This document shows, in pieces, positions 51,324-64,000 of a stretch of 64,000 nucleotides of DNA (positions are counted from its first letter, which is position 1; every line of letters starts with the position of its first letter). The notes under the pieces were generated by a model that saw nothing but the letters and a program-made list of their open reading frames with translations, was not told the origin of the DNA and searched no databases. The DNA is from the human T2T-CHM13v2.0 reference genome, Homo sapiens. The stretch covers positions 15,808,001 through 15,872,000 of the forward strand of contig CP086569.2 in assembly GCA_009914755.4 (NCBI GenBank), written 5' to 3'. Position numbers and translations under genes: made by a program.

Positions 51324-52354
51324 GGACAGCCAAGATGGCCGAATAGGAAGAGCTCCAGTCTACAGCTCCTGGCATGAGCGATGCAGAAGATGGGTGATTT
51401 CTGCATTTCCATCTGAGGTACCAGGTGCATCTCACTAGAGAGTGCCAGACAGTGGGCACAGGACAGTGGGTGGAGTGCACCCTGTGCGAGCTGAAGCACG
51501 GTGAGGCATTGCCTCACTTGGGAAGTGCAAGGGGTCAGGGAGTGCCCTTTCCTAGTCAAAGAAAGGGGTGACAGATGGCACCTGGAAAATCGGGTCACTC
51601 CCACCCTAATACTGCACTTTTCTGATGGGCTTAAAAAACGGCTCACCAGGAGATTATAACCCGCACCTGGCTCAGAGGGTCCTACACCTATGGAGTCTCG
51701 ATGATTGCTGGCACAGCAGTCTGAGATCAAACTGCAAGGTGGCAGCGATGCTGGGGGAGGGGTGCCTGCAATAGCCCAGGCTTGCTTAGGTAAACAAAGC
51801 AGCCAGGAAGCTCTAACTGGGTGGAGCCCACCACAGCTCAAGGAGGGCTGCCTGCCTCTGTAGGCTCCACCTCTGGGGACAAGGCACAGACAAACAAAAA
51901 GACAGCAGTAACCTCCGCAGACTTAAATGTCCCTGTCTGACAGTTTTGAAGAGAGGAGTGGTTCTCCCAACACACAGCTGGAGATCTGAGAATGGACAGG
52001 CCGCCTCCTAAAGTGGGTCGCTGACACCTGACCCCTGAGCAGCCTAAATGGGAGGCACCCCCCAGTAGGGGAAGACTGACACCTCACACGGCCAGTTACT
52101 CCTCTGAGACAAAACTTCCAGAGGAAGGATGAGACAGCAGCATTCACGGTTCATGAAAATACGCTGTTCTGCAGCCACTGCTGCTGATACCCAGGCAAAC
52201 AGCGTCTGGAGTGGATCTCTAGCAAACTCCAACAGACCTGCAGCTGAGGGTGCTGTCTGTTAGAAGGAAAATTAACAAACAGAAAGGACATCCACACCAA
52301 AAACCCATCTGTACATCACCATCATCAAAGACCAAAAGTAGTTAAAACCAGAAA
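51324..52354 (+). promoter_or_regulatory. L1 5'UTR (internal sense promoter and antisense-promoter region); function inferred from family, not from sequence
   Basis: Complete-looking L1PA 5'UTR including 'ccaagatggccgaataggaa'. The long antisense track ORF 51176..51841 overlaps it. Confidence 0.5.
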
Positions 52355-53372
52355 GATGGGGAAAAAACAGAGCAGAAAAACTGGAAACTCCAAAAAGCAG
52401 AGTGCCTCTCCTCCTAGAAAGGAACACAGTTCCTCAACAGCAATGGAACAAAGCTGGACGGAGAATGACTTTGATGAGTTGAGAGAAGAAGGCTTCAGAT
52501 AATCAAACTACTCCGAGCTACAGGAGGAAATTCAAACCAAAGGCAAAGAAGTTAAAAACTTTGAAAACAATGTAGACGAATGTATAACTAGAATAATCAA
52601 CATAGAGAAGTGCTTAAAGGAGCTGATGGAGCTGAAAGCCAAGGCCCAAGAACTATGTGAAGAATGCAAAAGCCTCAGGAGTCGTTGTGATCACCTGGAA
52701 GAAAGGGTATCAGTGATGGAAGATGAAATGAATGAAATGAAGTGAGAAGGGAAGTTTAAAGAAAAAAGAATATAAAGATACAAACAAAGGCTCCAAGAAA
52801 TATGGCACTATGTGAAAAGACCAAATCTACATCTGATTGGTGTACCTAAAAGGGACAGGGAAAATGGAACCAAGTTGGAAAACACTCTGCAGGATATTAT
52901 TCAGGAGAACTTCCCCAATCTAGCAAGGCAGGCCAACATTCATATTCAGGAAATATAGAGAACACCACAAAGATACTCCTTGAGAAGAGCAACTCCAAGA
53001 CACGTAATTGTCAGATTCACCAAAGTTGAATTGAAGGAAAAAATGTTAAGGGCAGCCAGAGAGAAAGGTCAAGTTACCCACAAAGGGAAGCCCATCAGAC
53101 TAACAATGGATCTCTCAGCAAAAACTCTACAAGCCAGAAGAGAGGGGGATGCAATATTCAACATTCTTGAAGAAAAGAATTTTCAAACCAGAATTTCATA
53201 TCCAGCCAAATTAAGCTTCATAAGTGAAGGAGAAATAAAATACTTTACAGACAAGCAAATGCTGAGAGATTTTGTCACCATCAGGCCTGCCCTAAAAGAG
53301 CTACTGAAGGAAGCACTAAACATGGAAAGGAACAACTGGTACCAGCCATTGCAAAATTATGCCAAAATGTAA
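52355..53372 (+). pseudogene. L1 ORF1 (premature stop, frame disruptions)
   Basis: Has 'atggggaaaaaacagagcagaaaaactggaaactccaaaaagcag...' and an in-frame-position 'ttcagataatcaaactac' stop. The C-terminal 130-aa piece is track ORF 52980..53372. Confidence 0.85.
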
Positions 53373-53435
53373 AGACCATCAAGACTAGGAAGAAACTGCA
53401 TCAATTAATGAGCCAAATAACCAGCTAACATCATA

Positions 53436-57336
<3,901 letters not shown>

Positions 57337-57759
57337 ACATTGAGAACACATGGACACAGGAAGGGGAACATCACACACTGGGGATTGTTGTGGGGAGCGG
57401 GGAGGCGGGAGGGATAGAATTAGGAGATATACCTAATGCTAAATGATGAGTTAATGGGTGCAGCACACTCGCATGGCACATGTATACCTACGTAACTAAC
57501 CTGCAGATTGTGCACATGTACCCTAAAACTTAAAGTATAATAATAATAATAACAAAATAAAAAAAAATAAAATAAATAAAATAAAAGGAGATATACCTAA
57601 TGCTAAATGACGAGTTAATGGGTGCAGCACACCAGCATGGCACATGTATACGTATGTAACTAACTTGCACATTATGCACATGTACTCTAAAATTTAAAGT
57701 ATAATAATAGTAAAATTTAAAACAAACCCTGTAAAGAAATAAGGACAGAGAAGAAACAA

Positions 57760-58220
57760 AAATGGAAGGAGGAAGAGAGGAAAGAAAGAAAGAAGGAAGG
57801 AAGGAAGGATGGAAGGAACGAAGGAAGGAAGGAAGGAAGGAAGAAAGAAAGAGAAAGAAAAGGAAGGAAAGAAAGAACGAAAGAAAGAAAGAAAGAAAGA
57901 AAGAAGAAAGAAAGGAAAGAAAGAAAGAAAGAAAGAGGGAGGGAGAGATGGAGGGAGTGTGGGAAAGAAACAAGGAAGGCAGGAAGGAAGGCAGGAGGGA
58001 GGGAAGGAAGGAAAGAAGGGAGGGAGGGAGAAAGGAAGGAAGGAAGGAATGAAGGAAAGAAGGAAGGAAAGGAAATAAGGAAGGAAGGAGAAAGAGACAG
58101 AAAGAGAAAGGAGGGAAAGGAAGAAGAAAGAGAAAGAAAGAAAGAAAGAAAGAGAAAGAAAGAAAGAAAAAAAAAGAGAAAGAGAGAGCAGAAAGAAAGA
58201 AAAGCAGAAAGAAAGAGAAA
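57760..58220. repeat. Large (GGAA)n/(GAAA)n purine microsatellite (~460 bp)
   Basis: Has 'ggaaggaaggaaggatggaaggaacgaaggaaggaaggaaggaagg aagaaagaaagagaaagaaaaggaagg...'. It is the source of the serine/leucine/phenylalanine-rich minus-strand pseudo-ORFs (57530..58296) and lysine/glutamate-rich plus-strand ones (57762..58078). Confidence 0.95.
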
Positions 58221-58689
58221 AAGAGAAGAAATAAATCTCAAAAGGAGAAAACCAGTGTAATAAATAAATAGACTCAAAATATTTTGCCTTCACCACACAC
58301 TATAATTTCTTGGTAGTACTCTCCATTGGCCCAATTTATGTAAAATCCAGTTAGCTAACGGATCAAATCCATACAGGACACCATCCCTGGGCAGTCAAGC
58401 TGAATTTCTTATGAGAATTGTTTCTTCATGTTCGAATGAAAATTCCCAGCACTATGTGCCCTCTGCGCTCATCAACATTTCTCCTCATCCACCATCTGGG
58501 ATGGTATTCTATGTCCAATGTCCCCTCAATCATTGTGTCATTGAGGGTGGATTCCGATTTCAGTGAACTCCACATGAAATCTCACATGTCAACCACTCAA
58601 CTCTTGACATACAAGAGAAAAGGTGGAGTAGGAGAAATAAGTAATATTGGGAAAGTCATTGCTGCATTAGACAGAATGTCTGTGCCTAC

Positions 58690-58995
58690 CAAAACACACA
58701 TGCTAAACTGCCACCCCCAAGGTGATGGTGTTAGGAGGTGGGGCCTTGAAATCATGGTCCCATGGAAGGCAATGAAGTTATGAGTATGGAGCATCATGAA
58801 TGAGTACCTTATAAATGTGACCCAGAAAGCTCCCTGGCCTCTTCCACCATGTTAGGACACAGTGAGAAGGCACCATTTATCAATCAGGAAACAGGTTCTC
58901 ACCAGGCATTGAATCTACCATGACTTGATCTTAGACTTTCAGCCTCCAGAGATGTGAGCAATAAAATTCTGCTGTTTACAAACCACCAGTCTATT
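58690..58995 (+). mobile_element. MaLR LTR (MLT1-type) fragment
   Basis: Has '...ttaggaggtggggccttgaaatcatggtcccatggaaggcaatgaagttatgagtatggagcatcatgaatgagtaccttataaatgtgacccagaaagctccctggcctcttccaccatgttaggacacagtgagaaggcaccatttatcaatcaggaaacaggttctcaccaggcattgaatctaccatgacttgatcttagactttcagcctccagagatgtgagcaataaaattctgctgtttacaaaccaccagtctattg'. Confidence 0.6.
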
Positions 58996-59174
58996 GTTTT
59001 TTAAAAATAATAACTTGAACAAACTAAGACAGTTACAGACTGCAGCTCTGACACTGGTCACATGACCCAAGTGACAATTATATCTGACTTTTTTCATCCT
59101 GGTTTTCTGTTCCTCTCCCCAGCTGCCAGCAGACTAACTGGATGGTGCAAGTCAAACCCAGTAGAATTTGGCTT

Positions 59175-59489
59175 TTTATTCTTTTCTTTTTCTTTTTCTT
59201 TTTCTTTTTGAGATAGAGTCTGGCTCTGTCACCCAGGCTGGAGTGCAGTGGCATGCTCTTGGCTCACTGCAACCTCCACCTCCTCAGTTCAAGTGATGCT
59301 CCCTCCCTCAGACTCCCAAGTAGCTGGGATTACACGTGCATGCCACTAAACCCAGCTAATTTTTGTATTTTTGTAAAGATGAATTTCACCATGTTGACAA
59401 GGCTGGTCTTGAACTCCTGACCTCAAGTGATCTGCCTGCCTTGGCTTCCCAAAGTGCTGGGATTATATGCCTGAGCCAAAATGCCTGGC
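59175..59489 (-). mobile_element. Alu SINE (minus) with (TTTTC)n-like head
   Basis: Has 'ctttttgagatagagtctggctctgtcacccaggctggagtgcagtggcatgctcttggctcactgcaacctccacc...ttggcttcccaaagtgctgggattatatgcctgagccaaaatgcctggc'. Confidence 0.9.
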
Positions 59490-59589
59490 TACTTTTTATT
59501 ATTTTCTAAATGTTTCCATTTTCATCCTCTTGTCAATGAGATGTGAACTAACTTGCTTATGGTTCTGCAATCCTGGCCAAGATTCTGCA

Positions 59590-60345
59590 GGAGAAAGAAC
59601 ACCTGATTTTAAAGAAGCTTTCACTATTGGCTTCCATCACATTGTTTGCCTAATCAAAAGTTGTAGGTGTCTCACCCCAGTTAAAATGGCTTATACCCAA
59701 AAGACAGGCAATAGCAAATGCTGGCAAGGATGTGGAGAAAAGAGAACTTTTATACCCTGTTGATGGGAATGAATGTAAATTACTACATTAGTATATTAAA
59801 AGTTCCAAAAAAACTAAAAATTTTCTGAGGAAGCTAAGATTTGAAAGCAACCAAGTTCCCATGAGCAGATAAATTGATAAAGAAAATGTGGTACATAAAC
59901 ACAATGGAGTATTATCTAACCAAACAAAAAGAATGAGATCTTATCATTTACAACAACATGGCTGAGACTGGAGATCATTATAAGTGAAATAGGCCAGGCA
60001 CAGAAAGAAAATCATTATATTTTCTCACTTATTTGTGGAATCTAAAAATCAAAACAATTGAATTCATAGACATAGAGAGTAGAGAGATAGTTACCAGAGG
60101 CTAGGAAAGGTAGGCGGTGTGTTTGGGGCATGGAGGTGGAATGGATAACGGGAACAAAAAATAGAAAGGATGACCATGACTTACTATTGAACTGTTTGCA
60201 ACTCAATGGATTAATGCTTCAGTGAATGGATACCCCAGTCTTCATGATGTGCTTATTGTATGCCTGTATCAAAACATCTTATGTACCCTATAAATATGTA
60301 AACTTACTATGTACCCAGGAAAATTAAAAAAAAATTTAAATTAAA
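59590..60345 (+). mobile_element. Old L1 (L1M/L1P) ORF2 C-terminus/3'UTR fragment
   Basis: Has 'ggcaatagcaaatgctggcaaggatgtggagaaaagagaacttttataccctgttgatgggaatgaatgtaaattactaca...gataaagaaaatgtggtacataaacacaatggagtattatctaaccaaacaaaaagaatgagatcttatcatttacaacaacatggctgagactggagatcattataagtgaaataggccaggcacagaaagaaa...tagagagtagagagatagttaccagaggctaggaaaggtagg'. Confidence 0.6.
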
Positions 60346-60817
60346 AATTTGTAGGTGATCCTGGACCCTGGCAATGTCAGTGGCTGTTTCCTATGAGGAG
60401 GTGGGAAAGAACTGCATAGATTTCAGATTTCATGAAATATTGGTCATGCTATTCTTTTAATACATCTCAGTTAGTAAAGCAAGTATGTGTGAGTTTTTCT
60501 GAAAATGCCCTTAAAGAGGCTCTTGAGTTCTTTGCAGAAAAGCCATAGAAATGAAATAAATGAAGACAAGTTCAGGGTAGGCTATTAGGAAAACTAAATG
60601 CACAATTTCCTTTTATGTACTAGAACATATAGATTTTTTCTTAGTAAGGTAAACTTCACATAACATGAACATTATTAGATGTTTTCAAGTGTACAGTTCA
60701 GTGACCTTTAGTATATTCAAAATGTGTTGCAACTATCATGTCAGTATAGGTATGAAAAATTTATTCCCAAAGCAACACCATTCCTATTAAGCAGTCACTT
60801 CTCATTCCCACACCATC

Positions 60818-60858
60818 CAGACACTGTTGTGTGTGTGTGTGTATGTGTACGTGTGTAA
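60818..60858. repeat. (TG)n microsatellite
   Basis: tgttgtgtgtgtgtgtgtatgtgtacgtgtgtaag. Confidence 0.85.
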
Positions 60859-61019
60859 GATTATATTGCCACATAGGAATAAAAAATCATTCCACTCATC
60901 TTGCTTTATTTTCAAATGGCTGACTCTGGTAACAATATTGTTGTTGGTATTTTTAAATCTTATTTTATATTGCTTCATTTTTAATTGGTAAAAACAAAAC
61001 ATATACATTTATTGGGTGT

Positions 61020-61800
<781 letters not shown>

Positions 61801-64000
61801 ACATGGAATCAACCTGCATTTATCAACAGATGAAGGATAAAGAAAATGTTGTATATATATACACAATAGAAGGTCATTGTTATTTTAATATTTTTATATA
61901 AACTGTTTTATTATAAATAGTACCAAGTACATACAAAAAGAAAAAAGAAAAAGGAGGGAAACTCCATACATCTGTCATGGAGGTCACATAATAAACACTT
62001 CCCAAACTTTTTTGCCCTTTATACCTCTATTTCTATTTTATTTGTTGTCTTTTACAGCCAATTCCAGAAACTACACCTTCTCACCTATAATCCTTTCAAC
62101 ACTGATCTCTTACAGATATGAATTTTATAAATAAACTTGTATAAATAAACTCACACCTGCAGTGAGTTCGATAGTGACCCCCAAAGATATGTTCAGTTGG
62201 AATCTATGACTATGACCTTATTTAGGAAAAGAGCCTTCAAAATGGAAGTTAAGGATATGAAGATGAAATCATCCTAGATTATCTAGAAGGGTCCTAAATC
62301 TAATGACAGGTGTCTTTGTAAGACACAGAAGAGGAGATACAGACACACAGGAGAAGGCCACATGGAGACAAAGGCAGAGATCAGAGTGATGTGTCCACAA
62401 AGTAAGAAACACCTAGCCAATAGTACCTCCCAGGAGGCAGGAGACCAAGATTCCCTCTGTATCTCCACAAGGAACCAACCTTGCTCACACCTCGATTTCA
62501 CACCCTGGCCTCCAGAACTGGACCTAATGCCTCCAAGTGATGAACCATGGGAGATAAATTACTCAATGTTTTCACATATCACATTTTAATTTTGTACTCC
62601 ACACCATGTGTCTGATAGTACCATAAATAGCTTATTTGAAGGTCACTATGCACTGTTTAATGTATTAAAAGTAAAACTACAGTTAGGACTAAATGCTTTT
62701 AAACTTTGTAGGAAAAAAATCTTTTAAAAAATTAGTTAAAATTTCCTTCGGCTGCTCAAAAACATATTTCAGCACCTTTGAATTTTTGATATCAACATTT
62801 ATACTGAATATAAATGTGATTTTGTTTTCAGTTTATACTGAATATAAATTTATACTGAATATAAATGTGATTTTTAAAATCATACATTTATTAAAATGAG
62901 ATTTCTTTGGGATGTAGTGTCAAAAAGATATTTTAAAACTCATGTCATGGAGTTTTACTATTCAATTAAATCTTCAATACTAATATACCCATATATTGTG
63001 TTAATAAGAATTAAGGATAACCATGACAATTAATTATGAGCTTGTGGGTGGGTAACGTGTTTTTTTAAGTGGCATGCACCGATAATGAATATTTGAAATA
63101 TTTCAACTGGATTACTTCCCTGAAACTAGAAGAAGCAGAGATAGTCATGCATTTAAGTAAATTTTAAAAGTGTAGGTGATTTTTGAGTAGAAATTCATTA
63201 ACCCATTCCTCCAGATTTAACAGGTTTTGATTAGATTTAGTTTAAACATAGTTTGTTTAATTTAAACAAATTGAGATTGAGTAATGTGAAACAATTGTGC
63301 AACTTCATTTTCCAAGCTGATCCTGAACCCTGGTTTCTATCAAGAGTAGCAATCATAAAGAACAATATTTTATATGCACAAAGCAAGGGATAACTGAAAG
63401 TTAGGGGTTCAACTATAATAGAAGTAAATACCTGTACACGGTCCTTCATTTTTAACCTATTGCATATTAGGGCAAGTCTTCTTTCTTGGGATTTCCTAAC
63501 TACTGTTTTATTTTTAATACATTAAAAAGTGCATTGTGACCTTCCTTCTTGGTATGCTCACATTTTTCTAGTGAACGATGCTATGAGTTTCCAAGGGATC
63601 ACTGGCTGGCTGTGGCATTTCTCCTTTTGTCCAGATCTACACTTAAAATGGGTATCTTCTAATTCCATAAATCCATGTGGGTATGGACTTTAGTTTTATG
63701 AAAATATCATGATGATGTGTCAACCCTACTTCCTTTAGCTTGACTCTTTGTTACCAAGAAAACCAACCAGGTCCATTATTATAGTTGTCTTTATTAGAGT
63801 AAAACTAACCCAGTCTGAAAGGAGCCCATCAACAGCTTCAGCTTGCAGTAAAGAAGTTAAGAATATATTTTAAGAAAATTTGGCCAAATCCTTTGGCCAA
63901 ACTATCTAATCTGTATGATGACTCTCCCCACCTGTGTGTCCCTAGGGACTTTTTTCAGTAACAACATAAAATGCAATGAGAGGGACATTTTACATTCTTA

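Noticed and set aside
57530-58296. Minus-strand ORFs of 147-200 aa rich in S/L/F ('FLSFFLSFL...') and plus-strand K/E/R-rich ORFs ('KEGRKEGRK...')
   Set aside because: These are translations of the (GAAA/GGAA)n microsatellite. They are pure low-complexity sequence with no start context.

Overview
This window is primate (human-like) nuclear DNA, not a prokaryotic locus. It is AT-rich and made almost entirely of interspersed and simple repeats. I was given no tools, so every call below comes from reading the sequence and from repeat consensi recalled from memory. Boundaries are approximate (about ±10-30 bp) and family names are provisional.

What I can support:
- At least 17 Alu SINEs of different ages, including one young CpG-rich AluY with a clean 10-bp TSD.
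- A full-length ~6.4 kb L1PA at 51324-57721 with target-site duplications, inserted into the tail of an older Alu. Its ORF1 and ORF2 are both disrupted.
- A ~5.4 kb L1PA at 45288-50668 that consists of two abutting inverted halves. This is the classic twin-priming structure, with a ~26-bp junction duplication and a ~12-bp TSD.
- A 4.6 kb 5'-truncated L1PA at 9951-14553 on the minus strand.
- An internal L1 fragment at 21568-23606, plus several old L1M/L1P fragments.
- MaLR LTRs (THE1/MST/MLT1-like), an LTR12-like fragment, and large (GGAA/GAAA)n, (TA)n, (TCTA)n and AT-rich microsatellites.
- A processed pseudogene of cytochrome c (CYCS) at 39229-40381 on the minus strand. It carries its own twin-priming 5' inversion and near-perfect 17-bp TSDs. 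This is the only host-gene-derived sequence I could recognise.

Every long ORF in the six-frame track is an L1 ORF1/ORF2 remnant, the CYCS pseudogene, or an artefact of low-complexity or LTR sequence. I see no CRISPR array, operon, tRNA, rRNA or intact host exon, and therefore no novel 'system'. The interesting content is retrotransposition mechanics.
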